This document shows positions 15,390-29,805 of a DNA stretch of 64,000 bases, in pieces (positions within the stretch are counted from its first letter, which is position 1; each line of letters begins with the position of its first letter). The stretch lies in the NCBI RefSeq assembly GCF_009914755.1, contig NC_060925.1, one strand, 5' to 3'. A program made the position numbers and the translations under genes. The notes under the pieces were generated by a model that saw nothing but the letters and a program-made list of their open reading frames with translations, did not search any database and was not told the DNA's origin. Source of the stretch: the human T2T-CHM13v2.0 reference genome, Homo sapiens.

Positions 15390-18300
15390 GGAGGCAGATA
15401 AAGATAAAGAAATAGAAAGCTCCATAAATTATCCCCTTCCCCAGCAAAAAAAAAAACAAAAAACAAAAAACAAGTTAACAACTATCTACACAGAAAAAAA
15501 CACCTTCTGTAAGAACCAAAAATCAGATGAGCACTGACAGTACCTGGTTTTAACTTCATATCACTGAAAGAGGCACTGAAGAGATCACAAAAACAGTCCT
15601 GAATCACCAATGCGACCCCTCCCCAACCCAGGCAGCTACAGAGTGGTGCAAAGAGCATCTCTGGCTGCTGAGAGGGGGAGAACACAGTAATTGTGACGCA
15701 CTGAACTCAGTGCTGTTCTGTTAGAGCTGGGGGAAGAAAAACAGACCAAACTCAGCTGATGCCCACCCACAGAGAGAGCATTTAAATCAGCCCAGGTCCC
15801 ATTGTGAGTGCCCACACACCTTCCACCAAGGGCCAAAGTGCTCTTGGTCTCCAAGTAAACTTCAAAGGCAGTCTAGGCCATAAGAACTGCAACTTTTAGG
15901 TAAGCCTAGAGCTGAACTAGGCCAGAGACATTGGACTGGAAGGGGCACGTGAGATACTGAGATATCAGCTGGGGCAGCCAAGGAAGTGCTGGCATCACCC
16001 TTCCCCTAACCCTAGGCTGTAGAGCTTGTGGTTCCAAAAGAAACACTTCCTTCTGCTTGAAAAGAGGAAAGAAAAGAGTAGTGAGGACTTTGTCGTACAT
16101 CTTGGACACCAGCTCAGCCACAGCATGATAGGGCACTGGTCAGAGTAATGAGGCCCCTGTTCCAGGCCCTAGCACCCAGATGACATTTCTAGACACACCC
16201 TGGGATTTTGTAGAGGAGCACCACCTTGATGGTCTTGGAGAACTTTTTCAAAGTTATTTCAATCTCTACGTTAAATTCATCTGATAGAATTCTGAATTCC
16301 TTCTCTCTGTTATCTTGGATTTGAGCTACCTCAACACAGCTATTTTGAATAGGTAGCCCAGAAAACAGAGAGACTCTGTATATTTATTAGAAAGTAGGGG
16401 AAAAGATAAAGAGCCTCTGCCTGCTAATCCAGAGAATATACTCAGATCTTCTCCAAGACGATCAAGGTGGTACATCTCTACAACTCTGCTAGAACCACAA
16501 TGTAACTGGGCTTGGGGTGCCCCCTAAAGCAGATACAGCTTAGATCACAGCACCCAAGTCCTTTTGAATATCTGAAAAGCCTTTACAAGAAGGATGGCTA
16601 TAAACAAGCCCAGAAACTGAAGACTAACACTAAATACCTAACTCTTCAATGCCCAGACACCAAAAAACATCTACTAGCATCAAAACCACCCACAAAAACA
16701 TGGTCTCACCAAACAAACAAATAAAACACAAGAGACCAATCCTGGAAAAATAGAGATATGTGACCTTTCAGACAGAGAATTCAAAATTGCTGTGTTGAGG
16801 TAACTCAAAGAAATCCAAGATAACACAGAGAAGGAATTCAGAATGCTATCAGATACATATAACATAGAGATTGAAATACCTTTTAAAAACTCAAGCAGAA
16901 ATTCTAAAGCTGAAAAATGCAATTGGCATACTGAAGAATGCATCAGGGTTCTTCAATAGCAGAACTGATCAAGCAGAAGAAAGAATTAGTGAGTTTGAAG
17001 ACAGGTTATTTGATAATACATATAGGAGACAAAAAAAAAAAAACAATGAAGCATAACTACAGGATCTAGAAAATAGCCTCAAAATAGCAAATTTAAGAGA
17101 TAATGGCCTTAAAGAGGAAGTAGAGAAAGAAGCGGGGTTAGAAAGTGTATTCAAAGGAATAACACCAAAGAACTTCCCAAACCTGGAGAAAGATATCAAT
17201 ATACAAGCACAAAAAGGTTATGGAACACCAATGAGATTTAACCCAAAGAAGGGTTACCTCGAGGCATTTAATAATCAAACTCCTAAAGATCAAGCATAAA
17301 GAAAGGACCCTAAAAGCAGCAAGAGAAAGGAAACAAATAAATACAGTGGAGCTTCAATACACCTGGCGGCAGACTTTTCAGTGGAAACCTTACAGGCCAG
17401 AAGACAGTGGCATGACATAGTCAAAGGGCTGAAAGAAAAAAGCTTTTACCCTAGAATAGTATGTCCAACAAAAATACCCTTCAAATATGGAGGATAAATA
17501 AAGACTTTCTCACACACATACAAAAAAAGCTGAGGTATTTCATCAACACCAGACCTCTCCTATAAGAAATGCTAAATGAAGTAGTTCAATCAGAAGGAGA
17601 AGGATGTTAATGAGCAATAAGTAATTACCTGAGGGTACAAAACTCAATGGTAATAGTAAGTACACAGAAAAACACAGACTATTTTAACATTATAACATAG
17701 AAAACCCAAGGAAAAATTATACTACAAAACTACAGTAAGCAAAACAGCATGGTACTGACATAAAAACAGACACATATACCAATGGAACAAAATAGAGCAC
17801 ACAGAAACAAACACATGTACAGTGAACCCATTTTTGACAAAGGTGCCAAGAACATACACTCAGGAAAGGACAGTCTCTTCAATAAATGGTGCTGGGAAAA
17901 CAGGATATCCATATGGAAAATGAATCTAGACCCCTATCTCTCACCATATACAAAAAATCAAATCAAAATTGGTTAAATACCTTAAGACTTCAAACTATGA
18001 AACTACTACAAAAACACATTGGAAAAAATCACCAGGACATTGGTCTGGCCAAAGATTTCTTCAGCAATGTCCTACAAACACAGACAACCAAAGCAACAAT
18101 GAACAAATGACATCACATACAGTTAAAAAGATTCTGCACAGCAAAGGATTCAATCAACAAAGTGAAGAGACAACCCACAGAATGTGAGAAAATATTTGTA
18201 GAAATTTCATCTGACAAATAATTAATAACAAGAATATATAAGGAGCTCAAATAACCCTATAAGAAAATTTCTAATAATCTAATCAAAAGATGGGCAAAGA

Positions 18301-19067
18301 TTTGAATAGGCATTTTGGAAAAGAAGACATAAAAATGGCAAACAGGCATATGAAAAGGTGTTCAACATCACTGATCATCAAAGAAATGAAAATCAACACT
18401 AGAATGTCTTCTCGCCTCTCTCAAAATGGCTAATATCAAAAAGACAGGCAATAACAAATGCTGGTAAGGATGTAGAGAAAAGGGAACCCTTGTATACTGT
18501 TGGTGGGAATGTACATTAGTCCAACCACCATGGAGAACAGTGTGGAGCTTTCTCTAGAAACTAAAAATAGAGCTACCATATGATCCAGCAATCCCACTGC
18601 TGGGTATATAACCCCCCAAAAAAGAAATCAGTATATCAAAGAGATATCTGCACTCCTGTTTGATGCAGCACTTTGGGAAAAACCGAAGTGTTCACCAGCA
18701 GATGAATGGATAAAGAAAATGTGGTAGGTACATATACACAATGGAGTATTATCAGCCATAAAAAAAATGAGATCCTGTCATTTCCAAAAACATAGATAGA
18801 ACTGGAAATCATATTAAGTGAAAAAAGCCAGGTACAGAAAGACAAACATTGCATGTTCTCATTTATTTGTGGGATCTAAAAATCAAAACAATTGAACTAA
18901 TAGACAAAGAGAGTAGAAGAATGGTTACCCAAGCCTGGAAAGGATAGTCAGTGGCTGACAGGCAGGTGGATATGGTTAATGGGTACAAAAAAAACAACAG
19001 AAAGAATGAATATGACCTACTATTTGATAGCATCACAGGATGACTATAGTCAATAATAACTTAATTG
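15390..19067 (+). mobile_element. L1MA-like element, left part: rearranged 5'UTR, ORF1, large ORF2 deletion at ~17700, most of the 3'UTR
   Basis: ORF1 remnant (QAEILKLKN...DQAEERISE, 16871-17056) and ORF2 C-terminal remnants; the 3'UTR breaks at 'caataataacttaattg' and resumes at ~25081. Confidence 0.8.
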
Positions 19068-21158
19068 AAAGATGGCCGACTAGAAAGAGATGCAGTGGGA
19101 GGCTCCAACCAAGAGGGGAAACAGCTAGTGAATCCTGCATCGGCAACTGAGGTATCAGGCTCTCTCATTAGGAAAGACTAGGTGGTTGGCGCGAACCATG
19201 AAGAGTGAGGAAAAGCAGAGCAACAGCCCACCCAGCAGCTACACAGGGCAAGGGGAGCTCCCACCCCTAGCCAAGGGATGCAGGGAGTGGTTGTGCTACC
19301 CAACCTGGGAAGCCATGCTTTTTCCACTGATCTGTGCAACCCATGGATCAGGAGATCCCCTGATGAGCTCATGCCACCAGAGCCTTGAGCCCCATGACTG
19401 TGCAGATTCTTGGCAGTAGTTCAGCTGGAGACTGCCTAAAATTATCAAGTTCCTGGAGAAATGGGTGGCTGACATCACTGCGGCTGCCTGCTTGCTGTCA
19501 TCACTGCGGCTGCCTGCTGCCTAGGATGACTGAGCTGCTGGGGCGAGGGGAGGCGGCCATCACTGCAGCTCCAGTCTGCTGTTTTCTTCTGGCAGTGCTG
19601 AGGAGGCTGGGCAAATTGGACCCAGGAGGAATTCTCCACAGCTCAGCACAGCTGATGTGGCAGATCTTGACCAGACTGCCTCTTCAGGCCAGATCCAGAC
19701 CCATCCTTCATCACTGGGCAGGGCCTCCCTGCTGAAATGTCAGCAAGTCCAGCCAGGGGTTTACGGACAAAACTCTGATCTCCCTTGGGAATGGAGCCAC
19801 TAAGGAGAGGGGCAACCACAACCTCTGTAAATCAGAGGACTTAAGTATTTCCCCCTGCTGGCTCTGAGGAATCTGGGCAGCCCAGATGAGTGAGATTCGC
19901 CCCAGTGCAGACAGCCCCTCCACCAAAGAGCAGGCAGAGTTCTTCATTAAAAGGGTCCCTGATCCCGTGCCTCCTGACTGGATGAGACAGGGGTTGCCAG
20001 ACACTTTATACAGGAATATTCCCTCTGGCATCAGGTCAGTGCCCCTCTGAAATGGAGCTCCCGGAGGAAGAAGCAGGCAGGCATTTTGCTATTCTGCAGC
20101 CTCCACGGTGACATATCCAGATACAAGAGGGACCCAGGCAAATAGAGTCTGGAGCAGACCCTCAGAAAACCACAGCAGCCCTATGGGAGAGGAGCCTGAC
20201 TTTTGAAAGCAAAACAAACAAACAGAAAATAAGAACAACAGCATCAACAAAAAGTCCCCATAAAAACTCCATCCAAAGTCATCATCCTCAAAGATAGAAA
20301 CCAGATAAACTCAGGAAGATGAGAAAGAATCAATGAAAAAAACACTGAAAACTCAAAAAGCCAGAGTTCCTCCTCTCCTCCAAATGATTGCAACATCTCT
20401 CCAGCAAGGACAGAGAACTGGGCTGAGGCTGAGATGGATGAACTGACAGAAGTAGGCTTCAAAAGATAAGACAATGACAAACTTCACAGAGCTAAAGGAG
20501 CATGTTCTAACCCAATGCAAAGAAGCTAAGAACCATGACAAAACATTACAGGAGCTGTTAATCAGAATAACCAGTTTAGAGAGGCACATAAATGACCTGA
20601 AGGAGCTGAAAAACACAACATGAGAATATAATTTTGCAACCACAAGTATCAACAACCTAACAGACCAAGCTGAGGAAAGAATTTCAGAGCTTCAAGACTA
20701 TCTTGCTGAAGTAAGACAGGGAGACAAGATTAGAGAAAGAAGAATAAAAAGAAACAAGCAAAACTCTGAAAACTATGGGATTATATAAAAGGAGCAACTC
20801 TACAACTGATTGGGGTACCTGAAAGAGACAGGGAGAGTGGAACCAATTTGGAAAACATACCTCAGAATATCATCCAGGAGAACTTCCCCAACCTAGCAAC
20901 ACAGGCCAACATTCAAATTCAGAAAATACAGGGAGCCCCAGTAAGATATTCCATGAGAAGATCAATCCCAAGACACATAATCATCAGATTCTCCAAGGTC
21001 AAAATGAAGGAAAAAATGTTAAGGGCAGCAGGACAGAAAGGCCAAGTTGCCTAAAAAAAGGGAAGCCCATCAGACTAAAAGCAGACCTCTCAGCAGAAAC
21101 CCTATAAGCCAGAAGAGAATAAGAGCCAATATTCACACTTTTTAAAAAAAGACTTTCT

Positions 21159-21453
<295 letters not shown>

Positions 21454-21475
21454 AGACTTTCCAACCAAGAATTTC

Positions 21476-22266
21476 TTTTTTTTTTTTCCTTGTATTTGGT
21501 CACCTTGACTTCACATCATTCTCATGGCAACTCCTGGATTCGCTGTTCCTCTTATTTAACCATGTCCTCTAAAAATGTTCTTGGCGTGGGTCTCTGTGTG
21601 GTGAATCTCCTGAGGCCTTGTAAGCCTGAGGACATTTTAATCTCGTCCTTTCTGTTTACGTGAGGGTCTGACTGGCTTTAATGTTGTTTCCTTCTAGATT
21701 TTGAAAATATCAGCATCTTTCCTGTCTGTGTTGCTGCTGAAAGGCCCCAGTCAGTCCTGTCCTGCCGGGAGGTGCGGCCAGGTCTTCCCCAGAGCCTTTA
21801 GGATGCTGTCTGTGACCTTGGGTGTCACACCTAGGTGTCTGCCAGCGAGTTTTCCTGTAGTTTCTGTTCTTTGGCATCCGTGGACTCTTTTACCTGTGGC
21901 TCGTCCTCTTTCCTTAATTCCAGGAAACTAATTTTCATGATTTCTATACATATTTCCTCTTTCCACTCTTACTATAACTTCCTTTTGGGCTTCTTTTATA
22001 TATATATTTATATATATATATATTTGTTTATTATACTTTAAGTTCTAGGGTACATGTGCACAACATGCAGGTTTGTTACATATGTATACATGTGCCATGT
22101 TGGTGTGCTGCACCCATTAACTTGTCATTTACATTAGGTATATCTCCCAATGCTATCCCTTCCCCCTCCCCCCACCCCACAACAGGCCCCGGTGTGTAAT
22201 GTTCCCCTTCCTGTGTCCAAGTGTTCTTATTGTTCAATTCCCACCTATGAGTGAGAACATGTGGTG
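21476..22266 (-). mobile_element. Short 5'-truncated L1PA (PA4-6-like 3'UTR, ~21994-22266) with ~500 bp of 3'-transduced sequence and a second poly(A)
   Basis: Whole unit flanked by TSD tttccaaccaagaatttc (21458-21475, 22267-22284); T12 at 21476-21487. Confidence 0.85.
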
Positions 22267-24443
22267 TTTCCAACCAAGAATTTCATATCTGGCCAAACTA
22301 AGCTTCATAAACGAAGGAGAAATAAAATCATTTTCAGCAAGCAAATGCTGAAGGAATTCATTGCCACCAGGTCTGCCTTGCAAGAGGTCCTGAAGGAAGC
22401 ACTAAATATGGAAAGAAAATACCATTACCAGCCACTACAAAAACACACTGAAGTACAAAAACCAATAACATTATGAAACAACTACATAAATAAGTCTGCA
22501 AAATAACCAACTATCATCATGATGACAGGATCAAATTCACACATAGCAATATTAACCTTAAATGTAAGTGGGCTAAATGCCCCAATTAAAAGACACAGAA
22601 TGGCAAGCTGGATAGACTCAAGACTCTTTGGTGTGCTGTATTCAAGAGACCCAATAATAGACAAACAGAGAGCCAAATCATGAGTGAACTCCCATTCACA
22701 ATTGCTACAAAGAGAATAAAATACCTAGGAATACAACTTACAAGGGATGTGAAGGACCTCTTCAAGGAGAACTACAAACCACTGCTCAAGGAAATAAGAG
22801 GGGATACAAAAAAATGGAAAAACATTTCATCCTCATGGATAGGAAGAATCAGTACCATGGAAATGAACATACTGCCCAAAGTAATTTATAGATTCAGTGC
22901 TATTCCCATTAAAACTACCATTAACATTCTTCACATAATTAGAAAAAAACTACTTTAAAATTCACATGGAACCAAAAAAAGGGCCCATATAGCCAAGACA
23001 ATCCTAAGCAAAGAAAACAAGGCTGGAGGCATCACGCTACCTGACTTCAGACTACACTACAAGGCTAAAGTAACCAAAACAGTATGCTACTGGTACAAAA
23101 ACAGGCCAATGGCACAGAATAGAGAATTCACACATCAACAACCATCTGATCTGTGACAAACCTGACAAAAACAAGCAATGAGAAAAGGATGCCCCATTTA
23201 ATAAATGGTGCTAGTAAAACTGGCTAGTCATATGCAGAAAATTGAAACCGGACTCCTACCTTACACCTTATACAAAAAATAACTCAAGATAAAGACTTAA
23301 ATGTAAAACGCAAAAGTATAAGAACCCTAGAAGAAAACCTAGGCAATACCATTCAGGACATAGGCAGGAAAAAAGATTTCATGATGAAAACGTCAAAAGC
23401 AATTGCAACAAAAGCAAAAACTGATGAATGGGATCTAATTAAACTAAAGAGCTTCTGCATAGCAAAAGAAACAAATTATCATCAGAATGAAGAGACAACC
23501 TACAGAATGGGAGAAAATTTTTGCAATCTTTCCATCTGACAAATATCTAATACCCAGAATATATAAGTAAATTAAACAATTTACAAGAAAAACAAACAAT
23601 CCCATTAAAAAGTGGGCAAAGGGCATGACAGACACTTCTCAAGACATTTATGTAGCCAACAAATATGTGGAAAAAAAGCTCATCACTGATCATTAGAGAA
23701 ATGCAAATCAAAATCACAATGAGATACCATCTCCTGCCAGTCAGAATGGTGATTATTAAAAAGTCAAGAAACAACAGATGTTGGTGAGGCTGTGGATAAA
23801 TAGGAACACTTTTACACTGTTGGTGGGAATGTAAATTAGTTTAACCTTTGTGGAAGACAATGTGATGCCTCAAAGACCTAGAACCAGAAATACCATTTGA
23901 TCCAGCAATGCCATTACTGGGTATATACCCAAAGGAATATAACTTATTCTATTATAAAGATACACTCATGTGCATGTTCATTGCAGCACTATTCACAAGG
24001 GCAAAGACATGTAATCAACCCAAATGCCCATCAATGATAGACTGGATAAAGAAAATGTGGTACATATGCACCATGGAATACTATGCAGCCATAAAAAGGA
24101 ATGAGATCATGTCCTTTGCAGGCACAAGGATGAAGCTGGAAGCCATTATCCTCAGCAAATCCATGCAGAAACAGAAAACTAAATACCACATGTTCTCACT
24201 TACAAGTGGAAGCTGAACAATGAGAACAAATGGACACAGGGAGAGGAAAAACACACACCGGGGCCTGTCTGGAGTTGAGTACAGTGGTAGGGAGAGCATC
24301 AAGATAAATAGCTAATGCATGCTGGGCTTAATACCTAGGTGATGGGTTCATAGGTGCAGCAAACCACCATGGCACACGTTTACCTACATAACAAACCCGC
24401 ACATCTTCACATGTATCTTGGAACTAAAATAAAATAAAATAAA

Positions 24444-25067
24444 GTGGATCTTACGAAGATAAAGAGTGGATTGGTAGTTACTAGAGAACAGGAAGAGAAG
24501 GGGGATAAGGGGATGAAGAGAGGTTAATTAATAAGTGCAAACATACACATTGACCTAGTGTGTTTGATAACATGGTAGGGCAACTGTAGTTAACAATAAT
24601 TTCTTGTATATTTCAAATAGCTAGAAAAGAAGATCTAGAATGTTCCCAACATAATAAATGAAATGATAAATGTTTGAGGTAATTGATATCCCAAACATTC
24701 CGATTTGATCATTGTATATTGCATATGTGTATCAAAATATCACATGTACTTCATAAATATGTACAACTATAATGTATAAATTTTAAAAAGCAAGACTTTT
24801 AGGTAGGAATTCCATGAGGAAATATCATGTAACTGGATAGGAAATCACACAATTTTAAAGATTATTAATGAAAACACAATCTTTTGGCTATTCACAATGA
24901 AATAGTTTTAATTTTTGTTTTTAAATGAAAATCACTGGGATTAATGAGAATATAAAGAAATGGAATTGACACACACTGTTAGTGAAATGGTATGTTGACA
25001 GTGAACTTGTGGAGGACAATTGTACAATACTTAATAAAAATATTAACCTTTAAATCAACAACAAAAT
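24444..25067 (+). mobile_element. L1MA 3'UTR plus older L1 fragments; candidate 3'-transduced flank of the upstream L1PA
   Basis: Starts directly after the L1PA tail, has AATAAA at 25033-25038 and ends in an A-rich tract before the host L1MA 3'UTR resumes. Confidence 0.6.
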
Positions 25068-25080
25068 AATAATAACTATC

Positions 25081-25280
25081 ACTTAATTGTACATTTTTAA
25101 ATAACTAAAAGAGTATAATTCGATTATTTGTAACAGAAAGGATAAATGGATTGAGGCGATGAGTGCCTCATTCTCAATGATATGATTATTACACATTGCA
25201 TGCCTGTATCAAAACATCTCGTGTGCCCCCATAAATATATATATCTACAATGTACCCTTAAAAATTAAAAATTAAAAATT
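25081..25280 (+). mobile_element. Remainder of the L1MA 3'UTR interrupted at 19067
   Basis: 'acttaattgtacatttttaaataactaaaagagtataatt...aaaattaaaaattaaaaa' continues the sequence; the uninterrupted version is seen at 53755-53960. Confidence 0.85.
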
Positions 25281-25289
25281 TTTTGAATA

Positions 25290-25605
25290 ATAGAAAGAAG
25301 AACTATCAGATTTCAACAACAAAAAGCAAGCCAATTCAAAAAAAGGCAAAAGATTTGAATAAGTGTTTCTCAAAAGAATATATACAAATAGTTGCTAAGC
25401 ACATGAAAAGATATTCAACCACACTAGTCATTAGGGAAATGCAAGTAAAATCAACATAAGTTACCACTTCACACCCACTCTGATGGTTATTATAAAAAAA
25501 ATTAAACAAACAAAATAACAGATGTTGATGAGCATGTGGAGAAATTGAAATATTGGAACCTTTGTGCATTATTGATGAAGATATAAAATGGTTCAGCCAA
25601 CACAG
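25290..25605 (+). mobile_element. Old L1M ORF2 3' fragment
   Basis: 'aagcacatgaaaagatattcaaccacactagtcattagggaaatgcaag'. Confidence 0.65.
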
Positions 25606-25609
25606 TTCA

Positions 25610-28080
25610 TAAAGCCTCATCTTTGGACACAGAAGAAGATAACAATCAAAATAAACAGCATTTGTGAGACGTGGGGCCAGAAAATAAAACTATTCAACCC
25701 CACTAGGCCCAGGGACTATCATGGAAGAGGCGGGCATGTGAAATTGCGAGGGCCAATTGTGGGAGTTAAAATTAGTTCAGAATTTCTCTGTAAATCAAAC
25801 ATTAATATCAAAGGCATACTAAGCAATACCAGCATCTGGGCCCCTGTATTAGATTAACAAGGTTTTCTTGGAACATTAACCCATTCTTTAATTAAAAAGC
25901 TATAAAATATTATTTAAAAATTTATAAAAATTATATCTTATGGTCAACATATTTATTAAAATTTAATAAATTTGCATATAAGATTTGAGAGACAGATTTA
26001 ATTGGCCCCATGATGTATTTATTAGGGCTTTTGGTTTGGGAAAGCAAGTCTCCTTTCACAAAAAATAAATGTTTTTGCAATTCTTGTTGAAATCTTAGAG
26101 TTATCACTTTGGCTGAGTGAATGACTAATTATATAATGACCTGTGATCCTATTCTGTTATATCAAGTGTTTTAAAGTTTTGGTATTTCACAAACTTTCCA
26201 AAATCTAATTCTATGTTGAGTCCTTTGGTACTCATTAAGTTTTTGACATTAAGTCACCTGAAGTCCAAAATAGATATATTCAGCTTCTTCAGTATAATAA
26301 AATCATATAGGAAGCACTGTCAAATGTAAAATGTTGTTTAACCTTCTTTGGATTATATTTATATAAATGTGTTATTAGTATGTGTTTCAAAATTGTATGA
26401 GATTCCTGTGATTCTGTTATGTCCTAACATATGTTATCAGTAGCAATTATGGTTATGATGTAAAATTGTTGTATTCCACAGAACCAAATTTCCTTGTCAA
26501 TTGTGTCTTTAATTATGGCTGTTCTAAGACTTTTGTCATCCATAATTGTTTTACTTTGATCCTTGTATAGAGGAGTTTATAATCAGCTCTAGAAATCTGA
26601 GGAACACTCTTAAATACAGGTTTCTGATAACTTTGGAGACTATGCCATTGAAATAGAGAGAAAAACTTCCAGGATTCTCATGAAGAGCTGATGCATTCAT
26701 GAGGATTGTTGATCCAATATTGAGAAGAGGTGTTAATTACACAAACTGAATTAACAGAAAATTAAAATAATATTTTGTGATTTTTTTTGTTTATAGTATT
26801 TGCTAATTCTTTTTTTGTCTTTCAGAGTCAAGAAAATTTTTTTAAGCTATTTACAGCCTTTAACAATAGAGTATACTCTCATGAGCAAAATTTAAAAGAT
26901 GATTCCTTTCTCTCGATCTAATTTCTCCAAAATTTATAAACTATTTTGTGAGTATTCTTAATTTATAACAATATAATTATTCACAGAAGTTCAATAAGAA
27001 CCTATTTTCTTTTATAATAGGGCATAATTGGAGACACTGGTTATTTTACCAAGATTTTGACTGGAATGACATATTTTCAAATGGCATTAAGAACAATGAG
27101 GCTGATCCATGGAAAAATAAAAGCCCCTTAGAAAACTTTGCCATATCTCTTGTCCCTTACAAGTTCCTGACTTGTGGCTAAGTAAAAAATGTCACTTTCT
27201 GACAGGTCCAGGAACTGCAAGTTTTCTTGGGACCTCAAAAGAAATGCACCCAATTCACACAGGTATCTGCAGGCACAGATAAATCCTTGGCTGGGCTCAA
27301 GGCTTTTTAAAAGGTCTTAGGTTCCTTATCAAAAAGGTTCCAGCAAAGCCAATTTTAACAAAAGAGAGAGAATCTATATGGCAAATTATTATTCTTGCTG
27401 CTTTTTATGCAAATAAGCCAAGTATAATAGGACTAAAACTTATGTGACAAATAAATTGATACTACTATAATTTTGTCTTTAACAAAATTGGAGAATTGGA
27501 AAGAAAAAATGTTTGAAAATAAACTATAGTATGCCTGTTATTAGATTCTAGCCTTGCCTAATGTTTTTCAATTTTTATTATTTTCTACAATTTGAAATGA
27601 ATTCTAAAATTTTTCCTGGCTACAAGTCTCCAAAATAATGTTTTCAAATTTTTCTTTCTTTCTTTCCCCTTTTTTCCCCATTTTAAGATATGCTTTTCTA
27701 AAAGCCCTGTGAATTGAAGCTAGACAAGCTATATTTCAGAAGAAAATAACAGCAATGTATTTTATATATATATATAAATCACTTTGACTTTCATACCTGC
27801 CTACTGATGTATGGACTTCAGAGTAATATGGCCTATATCAGGTTTCCAGGATTGTTCTCCCTTTTTGTTTGCTTGTTTTCTTTCTCTCTTCCTCTCCCTG
27901 CTTTTTTCTTTGTGGGTACATGAGACTTCACAACCTGCTAAAATTATAATAACATGGGATCTATCTATCTAGGAATAAACTGTCCTAGCCAGGAGAGATC
28001 AGACAAAATCTGATACCAGAGACTCATTTTCTTCCAAAATGCTTTCTCTGGGAGATTTTAAAAAGAAAAGAGGAGAGAAA
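25610..28080 (+). mobile_element. ERV1 (MER4-group-like) non-coding internal region ending in a polypurine tract
   Basis: AT-rich ERV-internal style sequence; PPT 'aaaagaaaagaggagagaaa' at 28061-28080 directly before the LTR's TG. Confidence 0.65.
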
Positions 28081-28511
28081 TGTGAAAGGAAAACAAAAAC
28101 TTGGGACCTCAATTCACTATGCCAAAACAAAAAAAAATTAAGCTGAAAACCGAGTCATGCAATAAACTGCCTTACCTTTTGTTCCTAAGCAGATAGCTAC
28201 AGATAAAAAGTCAGATATTGCCACAGGTAGCTACTCTATGTTCACCTTATCTTATGTAAAGTGCTGATTTACTGAGTGTGAGACAAAAACATAATTGACT
28301 ATTCTCCTACCTGCTCCTTTTCTCTTGCAACCTGTGGATTACCATATCCTCCCTGTTTCCTGTCCAGCCCACTTTTCCCCTTTAAATATTGAAGCCCTCA
28401 AAATCATCTTTGGAGAAAGGCACAGAACACAGGCTGTTTCTGTGATTCCATGCTTATTTCTTCCAGGCGTGCCCTTTACCTTGGCAAAATAAACATCTAA
28501 ATTGATTGAGA
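28081..28511 (+). mobile_element. ERV1 3' LTR (MER4-group-like), apparently 3'-truncated
   Basis: Begins 'tgtgaaaggaaaacaaaaacttgggacctc'; TATA-like 'tttaaata' and AATAAA near 28488. Confidence 0.75.
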
Positions 28512-28529
28512 AAAAAACAAAACAAACAA

Positions 28530-29150
28530 ATACCAGCAAGATTTTTTTTGTAGAAATCAAGTTGATTGTAAAATTTATATGGGAACTCAAAGGACCTAAA
28601 ATAGCCAATACAATTTCAAAAAACAAGAAAATTATGGAGAATTTACACTACATAAAAACAAGACTTACTGTAATGACACCAAAAATAGCATGGACATCAG
28701 GGTAGACATAAACCAGTGGATCAGAACAGAGAGTCCAGAAATACATCCATATGCAGCTCCAACAAAGCTGCAATGGTAATTTAACCTGAAAATAATGTTT
28801 TTACTACAAATAATGCTAGAAAAACTGAACATCTTTTTAAGAAAAAAAAATGAACCTTATCCTGTCCCTGACACAAAATCAACTTGAAATTGATCATAGA
28901 CCTATTATTAAAACTATAAAACTTCTAGCACAGAAATATCTTTGCAGTCTTGGAGTAGGCAAATATTTCTAAGATGAGATATAAAAAGTCTAAACCATAA
29001 AAGAAGTGGAGGTTGTCAACTGGGAGGAGAAAAAAGGGAACTTCTTAGGGTAATGAAAATGTTACACATCTTGATTATAGTGAAGGTTACATTAGTGTGT
29101 ATATTTTCCAGAATTCATTAAATTGTATGCTAAAAAACCCAATAAAGTTT
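28530..29150 (+). mobile_element. Old L1M ORF2/3' fragments
   Basis: Translates to IVKFIWELKGPKIANTISK, typical of L1 ORF2. Confidence 0.65.
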
Positions 29151-29483
29151 ATCTTTCAATGCTTAAAAGGGAAAGTGGCTATAATCCATTGTAATGTCAT
29201 AGAATTAAGTCTACTTATTATATGTAAAATTAAAAGTATAAATATTGAAAAAAGTAGAATTACCTATGACTCATATCCCTTAAAATCCTGTTCTCATTCC
29301 CTAGATGCAAATGCTCTTAATCATCTTAGTTGCTCAAGTATTATTCTACAGAGTAACTTTACACATCTACATCTTAATTTATCATTATCAAACAACATGT
29401 ATTGAAACTCTGCTAGAAAAAATAAGAAAATGGTTCATGTACATCACACTCCACTTCTCTAACAATTTTTGTTATTTCTATTA

Positions 29484-29805
29484 TTTTTTTGTTTTGTTTT
29501 GTTTTATTACTATTATTATACTTTAAGTTTTAGGGTACATGTGCACAATGTGCAGGTTAGTTACATATGTATACATGTGACATGCTGGTGTGCTGCACCC
29601 ACTAACTTGTCATCTAGCATTAGGTATATCTCCCAATGCTATCCCTCCCCCCTCCCCCCACCCCACAACAGTCCCCAGAGTGTGATGTTCCCCTTCCTGT
29701 GTCCATGTATTCTCATTGTTCAATTTCCACCTATGAGTGAGAATATGTGGTATTTGGTTTTTTTGTTCTTGTGATAGTTTACTAAGAATGATGATTTCCG
29801 ATTTC
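29484..29805 (-). mobile_element. Host L1PA3-like element: 3'UTR and tail
   Basis: Reverse L1PA 3'UTR ('gtgtgatgttcccc') ending at the left TSD copy. Confidence 0.92.
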
